This document shows, piece by piece, positions 1 through 9,560 of a stretch of DNA of 64,000 nt. This stretch comes from Thermoanaerobaculia bacterium (GTDB lineage Bacteria > Acidobacteriota > Thermoanaerobaculia > UBA5066). The stretch spans positions 608,001-672,000 of the forward strand of contig CAVRAY010000001.1 of NCBI GenBank assembly GCA_963719225.1. The letters are read 5' to 3'. The notes under the pieces were generated by a model that saw only the letters and a list, made by a program, of their open reading frames with translations, did not search any database and was not told the origin of the DNA. The position numbers were made by a program, and so were the translations under genes. Position 1 is the first letter of the stretch. Each line of letters begins with the position of its first letter.

Positions 1-1
1 G

Positions 2-850
2 CATGGCGCGGTGGAGGGCGGGCGCCGCATCGTGAAGGACTACAACTGCAAGGGCTGCCACATCCTCGAGGACCAGGGGGGAGGCATCCGCGAGGCCATG
101 ACGGCGAACAAGATCGACCTCGCGCTCGCGCCGCCGATCATCCGCGGCGAGGGCGCGAAGGTGCAGAGCGACTGGCTCTTTTCGTTTCTTTCCGCGCCGC
201 GCACGGGCCAGATCCGGCCGTGGCTGAAGGTCCGCATGCCGACCTTCGATTTCAACCCCGACCAGATCAACGGTCTCACGTCCTACTTCGCCTCTCTCGA
301 CAAGGCACGCTATCCCTTCGAGAACCGCGTCGACGCGCTCGATCCGCGCTCGCGTGCGGCGGGCGCGAAGACGTTCGAGGCGCTCAAGTGCGCGCAGTGC
401 CATCCCACCTCGCAGGATGCCTTCCAGCTCGCGCTCAAGGCGGGAAAGACGCCGGCGGACCTCGCCCCCATTCTCGCGGCGGCGCACACGCGCCTGCGGT
501 ACGAATGGATCGCGGACTGGATCAAACGGCCCGAGGAATGGATGCCGGGCACGAGAATGCCCACGAACTTCCCGAAGATCGAGGAGGAGCCGGGCAAACC
601 CGCGAAGCGCATCTCGCCGCTCGCGCCGGCGCTCGACACACCCGCGTTCGCCTCTCTCAAGAGGGACCTCGTCGCGATCTGGGGATCCGAGGAAGGCGCG
701 AAGTCCTACATCGACGATCCCGACCGCGTCACGAAGGCCCTGCGCGACCATATCTGGTCGCTCGGCAACGACTTCCTCACGGCGCCGAAGGCGCCCGCGG
801 GGCAACACGCCGCGAGGCCGAAGGCGTCGGCGGCCGTCGCGGCGAATTAG
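2..850 (+). CDS. Multiheme cytochrome c, C-terminal part (5' end lies outside the window)
   Basis: Two CxxCH motifs (CKGCH, CAQCH), each followed by a W...P...MP distal-Met motif (RPWLKVRMP, PGTRMP). Frame is open to the window edge. Confidence 0.85.
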   Translation, partial: HGAVEGGRRIVKDYNCKGCHILEDQGGGIREAMTANKIDLALAPPIIRGEGAKVQSDWLFSFLSAPRTGQIRPWLKVRMPTFDFNPDQINGLTSYFASLDKARYPFENRVDALDPRSRAAGAKTFEALKCAQCHPTSQDAFQLALKAGKTPADLAPILAAAHTRLRYEWIADWIKRPEEWMPGTRMPTNFPKIEEEPGKPAKRISPLAPALDTPAFASLKRDLVAIWGSEEGAKSYIDDPDRVTKALRDHIWSLGNDFLTAPKAPAGQHAARPKASAAVAAN

Positions 851-862
851 GCTATTAGTCCC

Positions 863-1567
863 GTGCGCTTTCGGGCTGCGTTCGTCCTTTTCGTACTGGT
901 GGTTTCGGCAGCAGGCGTCGCTCCGTCCGTGCCCTCGCACGGGGTGTTTGGCAAAGTGACTCTCTCCGGCCCCGTCCCGAAGCTCGCGCCGCGGCCCGTG
1001 AACGCGGACGTCGCGATCTGCGGCAGGGCAGATCGCCCGTCGCCGTCTCTCGTCCTCGCGAAGGACAAGGGAATCGCGAACGCCGTCGTGTGGCTCGAGG
1101 GTGCGAGGGGTCCCCTTCCGAAGGGGCCGTTCCATCTGGACCAGAAGAACTGCCTGTTCGCCCCGTACGTGCAGGTCGTCTCGAAGGGCGCTCCCGTCGT
1201 CATCGGAAACTCGGACCGCGTGCTGCACAACGTCCACGCGAAGACGGCGGACTCCACGCTGATCTTCAATAGGGCAATTCCTGTGAAGGGACAGACCTTC
1301 ACCGCGACGTTCGCGGAGCCGGGCGTCGTGCGCTTGAAGTGCGATGTCCACACGTGGATGACGGCGTGGCTCTTCGTGGCCGATACGCCGTATGCGGCCC
1401 TCACGGACAAGGAGGGGCGGTTCTCGTTCCCTTCGGTTCCTCCCGGCTCTTACCGCCTCAAGACCTGGCACGAGCTCTTCGGCGAAAAGTCGCAGCCCGT
1501 GACGGTCGCGGCGTCGGGCGCCGCGAAGGCCGACGTAACGCTCTCCCTCCTCGACGCCTCGAACTGA
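863..1567 (+). CDS. Exported cupredoxin-like / carboxypeptidase-regulatory-like domain protein
   Basis: Signal peptide; DQKNCLFAP, HNVH and CDVHTWM motifs; C-terminal TDKEGRFSF..VPPGSYRLKTWHE beta-sandwich. Confidence 0.75.
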   Translation: MRFRAAFVLFVLVVSAAGVAPSVPSHGVFGKVTLSGPVPKLAPRPVNADVAICGRADRPSPSLVLAKDKGIANAVVWLEGARGPLPKGPFHLDQKNCLFAPYVQVVSKGAPVVIGNSDRVLHNVHAKTADSTLIFNRAIPVKGQTFTATFAEPGVVRLKCDVHTWMTAWLFVADTPYAALTDKEGRFSFPSVPPGSYRLKTWHELFGEKSQPVTVAASGAAKADVTLSLLDASN

Positions 1568-1579
1568 AGCGTAGGTCGA

Positions 1580-1975
1580 TCAGGCGACGAGCTCGATCCG
1601 GGCCCGATGTCCAGGCGCGGAGGCGAGACGCTTGTCGAGCGTGAGGAGAGGGGCCTTGAGTCCCTCTGCGAGCGCCACGTAAGCCGCGTCGTATGCCGTG
1701 AGATTCTCCCGGAGCGCCCAGATTCGCAGCAGGAGCACGTCGTGCTCATGGCGCACGAAGTCGAGGTCTCCCAGGTCCTCGAGCGCCAGGCGCGCTCGTT
1801 CGGGGCCAAGTGAGCCGGTCGCCACGTATCGACGAAGGGCCTGGACGACTTCGAGGTCCAGAAGGTGCGGCACGTGGAGTGAGAGTCGGGGCGAGCGAAT
1901 TCTCTCGGCGATCTTTCTCCCGGCCTTCGTCGCGAGCAGCAGCTCGAGGACCGCCGAAGCGTCGAGAACGATCAA
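1580..1975 (-). CDS. vapC: PIN-domain (VapC-family) toxin
   Basis: MIVLDASA N-terminus and LTAYDAAYVALAE...LLTLD motif; 131 aa; ATGA overlap with the upstream antitoxin gene. Confidence 0.9.
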   Translation of the reverse strand: MIVLDASAVLELLLATKAGRKIAERIRSPRLSLHVPHLLDLEVVQALRRYVATGSLGPERARLALEDLGDLDFVRHEHDVLLLRIWALRENLTAYDAAYVALAEGLKAPLLTLDKRLASAPGHRARIELVA

Positions 1976-2202
1976 CGGCTGTCGCGTTCGGCGCGAATAA
2001 CGTCAGCGGGCGAAGGGTCGAGCCGGACCCCCGGAAGCTTCGAGAGCCTTTCGAGGATCTCTTCGCGCGTTGGCTGCGCGAGCCCCTTGCCGATCTCGCG
2101 GAGAACGAATTCCGACATGGACATGCCGGCGAGGGCCGAGCGCGCCTTGAGACGCCGGTGAAGATCCTTCGGGACGTTGCGGATTTGCAGCATCGTCGAC
2201 AT
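1972..2202 (-). CDS. FitA-like ribbon-helix-helix antitoxin
   Basis: MLQIRNVPKDLHRRLKARSALAGMSMSEF RHH signature; 76 aa; directly upstream of the PIN toxin. Confidence 0.88.
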   Translation of the reverse strand: MSTMLQIRNVPKDLHRRLKARSALAGMSMSEFVLREIGKGLAQPTREEILERLSKLPGVRLDPSPADVIRAERDSR

Positions 2203-2208
2203 GCGAAA

Positions 2209-2237
2209 AGTGTACTTTCATCAGTTTTTCATGTCAA
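2209..2237 (-). promoter_or_regulatory. Sigma70 promoter of the TA operon, probably giving a leaderless transcript
   Basis: Minus strand TTGACA-17 bp-TACACT with ATG 6 nt downstream. A short inverted repeat AAAG-TACA-CTTT overlaps the -10 and may be the antitoxin operator. Confidence 0.8.
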
Positions 2238-2265
2238 GCCAACGTACGTCTGGTCCCCGAATCAC

Positions 2266-2841
2266 TCAGTTGATCTTCTCGGATCCCGACGCGCGGCTGA
2301 ACTCCGCCGCGAACGCGCGGAATTTCGGGGAGCTCCAGTCCAGCGGGCCCACGACGTGCTGGACGATCTCGCCGGACGGCGTGATGAAAAACGTCTCGGG
2401 GTAGCCGTCCGTTCCGTAGAGGTGCGCGGTGCCCCCCCGGGGATCCAGCGCAACGGGCAGCCCCGAGATCCGGTGCTGCTTCAGCCACGCATCCACGATC
2501 TTCCAGTCCTCGTCCGTCGAGACCGCGAGGAACTCGACGTTCGCGTCGCTCTTCGTGTCCCCGACGAACTTCACGAGCTCGGGCATCTCCTCGCGGCAGG
2601 GCGGACACCACGTCGCCCAGAAATGCAGGATCAGCCCCTTGCCCGTCTTCGACGCGAGGTCGCGCCGAGCGCCGTCGCGCGCGAGGACGACGAGGGATCC
2701 CGGCGGCGGCGCCTTCGCCGCCGGGGCGACGACGCGGGGCGCGCCGGGCGGAGCCAGGGAATCCTTCGCGAAGTAGCCGATCGCCAGGGCGCCGAGGGCC
2801 GCAGCCGCGACGACGACGAGGAGCCTCTTCAGATCCTTCAT
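2266..2841 (-). CDS. TlpA/ResA-family thiol:disulfide oxidoreductase
   Basis: N-terminal TM anchor, HFWATWCPPC and GYPETF cis-Pro motifs; ATG 2841 overlaps the upstream stop (ATGA). Confidence 0.88.
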   Translation of the reverse strand: MKDLKRLLVVVAAAALGALAIGYFAKDSLAPPGAPRVVAPAAKAPPPGSLVVLARDGARRDLASKTGKGLILHFWATWCPPCREEMPELVKFVGDTKSDANVEFLAVSTDEDWKIVDAWLKQHRISGLPVALDPRGGTAHLYGTDGYPETFFITPSGEIVQHVVGPLDWSSPKFRAFAAEFSRASGSEKIN

Positions 2842-3752
2842 GCGCGAGCCTCGGGCAACGTCACCGGCAGGCCGAGAATTCCGAGACGCGAGAGAGGCCA
2901 GTCGTAGGCAACGGGATCGGCGGGCGAGATCCGCCTCAGCCACGCGGTGGCTTCGCGTGACGCGGCGAGATCGGCGGCCTTGCGGCGCGTGAGGCCGATG
3001 CGGCGCGAGATGCGGTGGAGATGAACGTCCATCGGAAGCAGGAGGCGCGCGGGCGTGAAGCGCCCGCCCGTCCACAGGCCGAGGTCGAAGCCCTCCGTCC
3101 GGACCATCCAGCGCAGGAAGAGATGCGAGCGCTTGCAGGCGGAGCCAGCGGCAGGGGATGGCAAGAGGAATTTCAGCCCGCGCGAGGGCGTGGCGGCGTG
3201 GGGGGAAAGCAGTTGAAGATTTCTTAGAAAGGTAGCGAGGGCGGCGACGTAATCCGGCTGGGCGGCCCGATTCGGGTGTGCGCCACACGTTGCGCGAGGC
3301 GCTTTCGGCGCACCCTCTTCAGCTTCTAAGAAATCCCCCGTCTTCTTCTTTTCTTCGTCCCCCGCCGCGAAGAGAGCGCCGAGGGAGCCGTGCGCGTGCC
3401 GCGCCCTCTTCACCATTCGAAGAAACTCTTCGATGTCGTTTCCCGAAACCCAGCGATGCCGAAACGCACTGAGGGAGGCGATATCTGCCTCGTCCCATTT
3501 CTCGAGAAATGCCGCCGGGCTCGGCCCGAGAGCCGCGAGGACACGCGCGATCGACGCCTGGATGGATGCGACGCGCCCGAAGGCGAGCGAGGCGGAGACG
3601 AAGGCCACGACCTCGCGGTCTGCCGGATCGGCATAGCGGTGCGCGAAGACGAGCGGGTCCGAGTCGAGCCTCCGCGAGCGCCACTCGCGCCTGAGGGCCT
3701 CGAGGCGTTCGCCGAGGAGCACGAGGTTCGGGGGGCCGGCCGCGCGTCTCAC
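2838..3752 (-). CDS. TIGR02757/DUF2400-family protein (HhH-like) with an apparent insertion of about 30 aa
   Basis: DPLVFAHRY..DREV, SACKR..LFLRWMVR, LPMDVH..R and DPVAYDW motifs. Confidence 0.82.
   Translation of the reverse strand: MRRAAGPPNLVLLGERLEALRREWRSRRLDSDPLVFAHRYADPADREVVAFVSASLAFGRVASIQASIARVLAALGPSPAAFLEKWDEADIASLSAFRHRWVSGNDIEEFLRMVKRARHAHGSLGALFAAGDEEKKKTGDFLEAEEGAPKAPRATCGAHPNRAAQPDYVAALATFLRNLQLLSPHAATPSRGLKFLLPSPAAGSACKRSHLFLRWMVRTEGFDLGLWTGGRFTPARLLLPMDVHLHRISRRIGLTRRKAADLAASREATAWLRRISPADPVAYDWPLSRLGILGLPVTLPEARA
3215..3431. repeat. Dispersed motif cluster A: inverted pair plus a third copy, all inside the TIGR02757 CDS
   Basis: GATTTCTTAGAA (3218-3229) and TTCTAAGAAATC (3324-3335) form a perfect 12-bp IR. 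A third copy at 3404-3431 on minus reads GAAGAGTTTCTTCGAATGGTGAAGAGGG. Confidence 0.75.
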
Positions 3753-3758
3753 GCCTCT

Positions 3759-3768
3759 ACGCTAGCAT
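3759..3768. promoter_or_regulatory. Overlapping divergent -10 elements for TIGR02757 and hflX (leaderless type)
   Basis: Plus strand TAGCAT lies 7 nt before GTG 3776; minus strand TAGCGT lies 6 nt before GTG 3752; the 23-bp intergenic gap has no SD. Confidence 0.55.
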
Positions 3769-3775
3769 CCCCGCG

Positions 3776-4921
3776 GTGAGCCCGCGACGTCCCGCGAAGG
3801 AAGCTCCTCCTCCGCCCGAAGAAAAGCCCGATTCCCGCCGCACGATCCTCGTGGGCGTCTACGGGCGCGAGATCCCCAGGGCGATGGCCGAGGACCAGCT
3901 CGACGAGCTCGAACGCCTCGTGGACACGGCGGGCGGGCTCGTGGTCGCGCGAGCGCTTCAGGAGCGCCGGGGGCCCGATCCCGCGACGTACGTCGGCTCG
4001 GGGAAGGTGGAGGAGATCGCCGAGGCTGCGCGCGCCCTCGGCGCCGGCTGGACGGTCTTCGACGACGAGCTCACGCCCACGCAGGCCCGGAACCTCGACA
4101 AGAAGCTCCCCACGCAGGTGCTCGACCGTGCCGGCGTGATCCTGCGGATTTTCGCGTCCCGCGCGCGCTCGCGGGAGGCGATGACACAGGTCGAGCTCGC
4201 GAGGCTCCAGTACGAGCTTCCGCGGCTCGCGGGGCCGACGAAAGGCCTCGCCCAGCAGCGCGGAGGCGGCGCGTTCCGCGGTGGCGCGGGCGAGCGAAAG
4301 ATCGAGCTGGACCGCCGCCGCGTGCGCGCCCGCATCGCGAAGCTCAAGGAAGAGCTCCAGCACATCGAGACCCAGCGGGACGTGAGGCGGAAGGGGATGA
4401 AGCGCGTCGCCACGGTCTCCCTCGTCGGCTACACGAACGCGGGAAAGACGACGCTCTTCAACCGGCTCACGTCCTCGAAGGAATTCGCGGAGGACCGCCT
4501 CTTCGCGACGCTCGACCCCAGGCACGCCCGGCTCCAGGGCGTGGGCGGACGGGCCATCGTCCTGGCCGACACGGTCGGCTTTCTCCGCAAGCTTCCCCAT
4601 ACGCTCGTCGCGTCCTTCAAGTCCACGCTCGCCGAAGTGAAGGACGCGGACCTCCTCGTTCACGTCGTGGACGCATCGTCCGCACAGGCGGCCGAGCAGC
4701 GCGCCGTCGCCGAGGAGGTCATCGCCGGCTTCGGCGTGGAGAAGCGGCGCATCCTCCTCGCCTACAACAAGACCGACCGCCCGCACCCCGACGTTCTCGC
4801 GTCCGACGGGATCCGGATCTCGGCGGCGACCGGAGACGGCCTTCCCGAGCTTCGGAAGGCGATCGTCGCGCGGCTCTCGGCGCTCGGCGCGCGCATGCCC
4901 TTCTACGGATCCCCTTCGTAA
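3776..4921 (+). CDS. hflX: GTPase HflX
   Basis: GSGKVEE, ILRIFASRA, GYTNAGKT, LFATLD, DTVGF and NKTD motifs. Confidence 0.95.
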   Translation: MSPRRPAKEAPPPPEEKPDSRRTILVGVYGREIPRAMAEDQLDELERLVDTAGGLVVARALQERRGPDPATYVGSGKVEEIAEAARALGAGWTVFDDELTPTQARNLDKKLPTQVLDRAGVILRIFASRARSREAMTQVELARLQYELPRLAGPTKGLAQQRGGGAFRGGAGERKIELDRRRVRARIAKLKEELQHIETQRDVRRKGMKRVATVSLVGYTNAGKTTLFNRLTSSKEFAEDRLFATLDPRHARLQGVGGRAIVLADTVGFLRKLPHTLVASFKSTLAEVKDADLLVHVVDASSAQAAEQRAVAEEVIAGFGVEKRRILLAYNKTDRPHPDVLASDGIRISAATGDGLPELRKAIVARLSALGARMPFYGSPS

Positions 4922-4951
4922 TACGATCCATCACGTCCGGGAGGCAATGCC

Positions 4952-6100
4952 ATGAGCACACCCATCGAATATCGCCGCCGCGGCCAGGCCGTGTGGCTCG
5001 ACACCATCTCCTCGAAGATGATCCATTCCGGGCGGCTTTCGTCGCTGATCGAAGCCGGCTCGATTTACGGGGTGACGTCGAACCCGACGATCTTCGGCCA
5101 GGCCATCGTGAAGAACGAGGGTGACTACAACGCGCACCTCGAAAGCCTCGCGCGCGAGGGAAAGGACCCCTTCGCGATCTACGACGCGCTCACGCGAAAG
5201 GACATCGCCGAGGGCGCCGACGCGTTCCGAGCGATCCACGAGAAGAATCCCGTGGACGGGTGGATCTCGCTCGAGGTCCTCCCCTCGCTCGCGGCGGAGA
5301 CCGACAAGACCGTGGCGGAGGCGAAGAGGCTCTCTTCGGCGCTCGCGCGGCCGAACGTCTTCATCAAGGTGCCCGCGACGTCCGCGGGCGTTCCCGCGGT
5401 GCGCCGCCTGATCGGCGAAGGGATCTCGATCAACATCACGCTCATGTTCAACCGGAAGCATTACCGCGACGTCGCGAACGCCTACCTCGAAGGTCTTTCG
5501 GAGTTCGCGGGGAAGGGCGGCGACGTCTCGCGCGTCCACTCCGTCGCGTCGTTCTTCGTCTCGCGCGTCGACACGCTCGTCGACAAGCTTCTGGGGGAGA
5601 AGATCGGGAAGGCCGCAGGGTCGGAGAAAGCGAGCCTGGAGAGTCTCCTCGGAAAGGCGGGCCTCGCGAACTCGAAGGTCGTTTACGGGGATTATCTCGG
5701 GATCTTCGAGGGAGCGCCGTTCGCGGCGCTTCGCGCGAAGGGCGCGCGCGTTCAGCGGCCCCTCTGGGCGTCCACGGGCACGAAGAACCCCGCATACTCG
5801 GATCTTCTCTACGTCGAGAACCTCATCGGTCCCGACACGGTGAACACGATGCCCGAGAAGACGCTCGAGGCGCTCCTCGACCACGGCCGGACTCCGGGAG
5901 ACACGGTGCTCGAAGGGGTCGCGGAGGCGAAGAAGACGCTCGACGATCTCGCAGCCGTCGGGATCGACATCGAAGCGGTCGGCGAGCAGCTCCAAAGGGA
6001 CGGCGTCGTCCTCTTCGCCAAGTCCTACGACGAGCTCCTCGCGACGATCGAGTCGCGCCGCGCCGGGGCCGTGAAGGCCTCCGCCGGGGTGAAGGCGTGA
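4952..6100 (+). CDS. tal: Transaldolase
   Basis: WLD, GVTSNPTIF, IKVPAT, NITLMF, SFFVSRVD and RPLWASTGTKNP motifs. Confidence 0.95.
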   Translation: MSTPIEYRRRGQAVWLDTISSKMIHSGRLSSLIEAGSIYGVTSNPTIFGQAIVKNEGDYNAHLESLAREGKDPFAIYDALTRKDIAEGADAFRAIHEKNPVDGWISLEVLPSLAAETDKTVAEAKRLSSALARPNVFIKVPATSAGVPAVRRLIGEGISINITLMFNRKHYRDVANAYLEGLSEFAGKGGDVSRVHSVASFFVSRVDTLVDKLLGEKIGKAAGSEKASLESLLGKAGLANSKVVYGDYLGIFEGAPFAALRAKGARVQRPLWASTGTKNPAYSDLLYVENLIGPDTVNTMPEKTLEALLDHGRTPGDTVLEGVAEAKKTLDDLAAVGIDIEAVGEQLQRDGVVLFAKSYDELLATIESRRAGAVKASAGVKA

Positions 6101-8037
6101 TCCTCGGCAATTTCGAGGCTCCCGACCTGACCGACGAACAGGCGAAGAAGCTGACCGATCTGGCCCGAGCCGCGCGCGGCGACATCCTCAAGATGACCAC
6201 GCTCGCGGCCTCCGGGCATCCCGGGGGCTCGATGTCCTCGCTCGAGTTCCTCCTGATCCTGTGGGGCTTCGGGAACTGCGATCCGAAAAACCCCTTCCAG
6301 AAGGCCCGCGACCGCGTCGTGATCAGCCACGGACACATTTCTCCCGGCTCCTACGCGGCGCTCGCGCGGCTCGGGTACTTCGATCCCTCGCTGCCTCTCC
6401 TCGGTTTCCGCCGCGGCGGCTCGCCGTTCGAGGGACACGTCGAACGGGACGTGCCGGGCATCGACTGGGGCACGGGCAACCTCGGGCAGGGCTTCTCGGC
6501 CGCCGTGGGGTTCGCGCTGGCGGCGAAGATCAAGGGGAACGGCGCGCGCGTGTTCTGCGGGATGGGAGACGGCGAGCAGCAGAAGGGCCAGCCCTCGGAG
6601 GCACGCCGATTCGCCGTGCGCTACGGCCTGACGAACCTCGTTGCCGTCCTCGACTGGAACCACCAGCAGCTCTCCGGAAGCAACGCGGACATCATGCCGC
6701 AGCACATCGTCGCCGACTGGGAGGCGGACGGCTGGGGGGTCATCGAGGTCGACGGCCACGACGTCAGGGCCGTATACCGTGCCGTCCGCGGGGCCCTCCA
6801 CGCGAGCCGCCCGACGCTCGTCGCCTGCCGCACGGTGATGTCGAAAGGCGTGCCCTTCATGGAGAAGGAAGGTTTCAAGTGGCACGGGGCGGCGCTGCCC
6901 CTCGACAAATGCCGCGAAGCGCTCGCGATCCTGGGCGTGACGGACGACCTCGACCACTGGATCGCCGAAAGGAAGAAGCCCGCGCCCGACTGGCACCGCG
7001 TCCTCCCGCACCGCCCGGACGAGGCGACCGTCCTCCCCGGGGGCGGCACGCCGCGGAGCTACGCGGCCGACGCGAAGACCGACAACCGGAGCGCGTTCGG
7101 AGCGGCGCTCGCCGATCTCGGGACCGTGTCGGCGTCGTCCGGCGTCCCGATGGCCGTTCTGGACTGCGACCTCTCCGTCTCGACGAAGACGGACAAGTTC
7201 CTCGAGACGCACCCGAAGAGCTTCTTCCAGGGGGGGATCGCCGAGCACAACGCGGCCGTCATCAACGGCGCCCTCTCCCTCGCCGGGGTCGCGGCCTGGT
7301 GGGGCGAGTTCGCGATGTTCGGGGTGGCCGAGTCTTACAACCAGCAGCGCCTGAACGACATCAACGGGGCGAACGCGAAGCTCGCCGTGACGCACTCCGG
7401 GATCGACGTCGGCGAGGACGGCAAGACGCACCATTCCATCGACTACTTCGCCCTCTTCAACTCCACGTTCGGCTGGAAGGTCTTCACGCCGGCGGATCCG
7501 AATCAGACCGACCGCGTCACGCGCTGGATGGCGACGCACCGCGGGAACCACGCGCTCGTCATGGGGCGCTCGAAGATCCCGGTCGCGCTCAAGGAGGACG
7601 GGAGCCCGTTCTTCGGGGGCGACTACGTCTTCGATCCGACCCGGGCCGACCGGATCCGCGAGGGCGAGGGCCTTTCCCTCGTCTGTGCCGGCAACGTGCT
7701 GTCCTACGCGCTGGATGCCTGGAACGCGCTCGCGAAGGAAGGAACGCGCGTCGACCTCGTCTCGGTGGCGGCGTGGAGCGACCTTTCGGACTCGGATCTC
7801 GCGCACATCGCGCGGCACGGGTCCGTGGTCACCGTCGAGGACCACAATCCCAGGACGGGTCTCGGGACATGGATCCAGGCTCGGCTCAACGATCTCGGCC
7901 TTGCCGCGCGCGTCAGGAAGATGGGTGTCACGTTCTATTCGTCGTCGGGACCCGCGAAGGAGCTGTACGCGCTCATGGGGCTCGACGGCCCCGCGATCGC
8001 CAAAACGGTCCGCGAGGCTCTGCCCGTGAAGCGCTGA
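6097..8037 (+). CDS. tkt: Transketolase
   Basis: SGHPGGSMS, DRVVISHGH, GNLGQG, GDGE ThDP motif, GIAEH and GEDGKTH; GTG 6097 overlaps the tal stop. Confidence 0.92.
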   Translation: MILGNFEAPDLTDEQAKKLTDLARAARGDILKMTTLAASGHPGGSMSSLEFLLILWGFGNCDPKNPFQKARDRVVISHGHISPGSYAALARLGYFDPSLPLLGFRRGGSPFEGHVERDVPGIDWGTGNLGQGFSAAVGFALAAKIKGNGARVFCGMGDGEQQKGQPSEARRFAVRYGLTNLVAVLDWNHQQLSGSNADIMPQHIVADWEADGWGVIEVDGHDVRAVYRAVRGALHASRPTLVACRTVMSKGVPFMEKEGFKWHGAALPLDKCREALAILGVTDDLDHWIAERKKPAPDWHRVLPHRPDEATVLPGGGTPRSYAADAKTDNRSAFGAALADLGTVSASSGVPMAVLDCDLSVSTKTDKFLETHPKSFFQGGIAEHNAAVINGALSLAGVAAWWGEFAMFGVAESYNQQRLNDINGANAKLAVTHSGIDVGEDGKTHHSIDYFALFNSTFGWKVFTPADPNQTDRVTRWMATHRGNHALVMGRSKIPVALKEDGSPFFGGDYVFDPTRADRIREGEGLSLVCAGNVLSYALDAWNALAKEGTRVDLVSVAAWSDLSDSDLAHIARHGSVVTVEDHNPRTGLGTWIQARLNDLGLAARVRKMGVTFYSSSGPAKELYALMGLDGPAIAKTVREALPVKR

Positions 8038-8054
8038 CAGCCGGAGAGAACGAG

Positions 8055-9560
8055 ATGTCCAGCCCGATTCCGACCGACCCCGCGACGATCGTCATCTTCG
8101 GAGGATCCGGAGACCTCAGCAAGCGGAAGCTGGTGCCCGCGCTCTTCGAGCTCGACCGCGAAAAGCAGCTTCCTCCCGCGACGGCCATCGTCGGGTACGC
8201 GCGGACGGGCGAGTCCGACGACACCTATCGCGCCGAGATGAAGGCCGCGGTCGCCGAGTTCGCACGCACGAAACCCGTCGACGAAGCGGTCTGGAACAGC
8301 TTCGCCTCCAGGCTCTTCTTCTTTCGAGGCGATCTGAAGATTCCGAAGAACTATGCCGACCTCAAGGCGCGCCTCGACTCGATCGAGAAGGAAAGGGGCC
8401 TTCCGGGAAACCGGCTCTTCTACCTCGCGATCCCACCTTCTTCGATCGGCCTCGTCGTCGCCAACCTCGGCCAGGCGGGCTTCGTGTACCGGATCGACGG
8501 CGGCCCGTGGTCGCGCGTCATCGTGGAAAAGCCCTTCGGGCGCGATCTCGAGACGGCCCGCGCGCTGAACGAGGAGCTGTCCCAGGTCTTCCGCGAGCGG
8601 CAGATCTTCCGGATCGACCACTATCTCGGCAAGGAGACGACGCAGAACATCCTCGTCCTGAGGCTCGGAAACGGCATTTTCGAGCCGCTCTGGAACCGCC
8701 GCTACGTCGACCACGTGCAGATCACCGTCGCCGAGTGCATCGGCGTCGAGAACCGCGGGAAGTTCTACGAGGAAGCGGGAGTCCTCCGCGACATCATCCA
8801 GAACCACGTCCTCCAGCTCCTGTGTCTCGTCGCGATGGAGCCGCCCGTCGCCTTCGATCCGAACGCCGTGCGCGACGAGAAGGTGAAAGTGCTGAGGTCG
8901 ATCCAGCCGCAGTCCCCCGAGGAGATCCTGCGCGACAGCGTGCGCGGACAGTACGGACCGGGCGCGGTGGAAGGCCAGACGGTCGTGGGCTATCGCCAGG
9001 AGAAGGACGTCAACCCGATGTCACTCCGTGAAACGTACGCGGCCTGGAAGGTGCAGATCGAGAACTGGAGGTGGGCGGGAGTCCCGTTCTACCTGCGCGC
9101 CGGAAAACGGCTCGCCAAGCGCGTTACCGAGATCGCGATCCAGTTCAAGACCCCGCCGATCGCCCTCTTCCGCCAGGTCGGCGTCATCCGGCAGGAGCCG
9201 AACGTCCTCGTCCTGCGCATCCAGCCCGACGAGGGCATCGCCCTGAAGTTCGGGGCGAAGGAACCGGGGCCCGTGACGAAGATCGACCCCGTGACGATGG
9301 ACTTCCGCTACAGCGAGTTCTTCGGCGCGTCGCAGCCCGAAGCGTACGAACGACTCCTCATGGACGCCATCCACGGCGACTCCACGCTCTTCGCGCGGCG
9401 GGACGAGGTCGAGGCGGCCTGGGAGCACGTGACGCCTCTTCTCGACGTGTGGCGCGACAACCCGCCTCTCGACCACCCGAACTACGAAGCGGGCACGTGG
9501 GGACCCGACGCGTCGGTGGCTCTCCTGGCGAGGGACGGGAGACGTTGGCGAAGGCCGTGA
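8055..9560 (+). CDS. zwf: Glucose-6-phosphate 1-dehydrogenase
   Basis: GGSGDLSKRKL, EKPFG, RIDHYLGKE and RWAGVPFYLRAGK motifs. Confidence 0.96.
   Translation: MSSPIPTDPATIVIFGGSGDLSKRKLVPALFELDREKQLPPATAIVGYARTGESDDTYRAEMKAAVAEFARTKPVDEAVWNSFASRLFFFRGDLKIPKNYADLKARLDSIEKERGLPGNRLFYLAIPPSSIGLVVANLGQAGFVYRIDGGPWSRVIVEKPFGRDLETARALNEELSQVFRERQIFRIDHYLGKETTQNILVLRLGNGIFEPLWNRRYVDHVQITVAECIGVENRGKFYEEAGVLRDIIQNHVLQLLCLVAMEPPVAFDPNAVRDEKVKVLRSIQPQSPEEILRDSVRGQYGPGAVEGQTVVGYRQEKDVNPMSLRETYAAWKVQIENWRWAGVPFYLRAGKRLAKRVTEIAIQFKTPPIALFRQVGVIRQEPNVLVLRIQPDEGIALKFGAKEPGPVTKIDPVTMDFRYSEFFGASQPEAYERLLMDAIHGDSTLFARRDEVEAAWEHVTPLLDVWRDNPPLDHPNYEAGTWGPDASVALLARDGRRWRRP

Noticed and set aside
3496-3511. Perfect 16-bp palindrome CATTTCTCGAGAAATG
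   Set aside because: Single occurrence inside a CDS, centred on CTCGAG, which is very common here; it may be related to the motif but cannot be supported alone.
5260-9560. Apparent 925-aa transketolase and 1099-aa Zwf, suggesting fusions
   Set aside because: The N-terminal extensions are stop-free alternate frames of the upstream genes; the real starts are 6097 and 8055.
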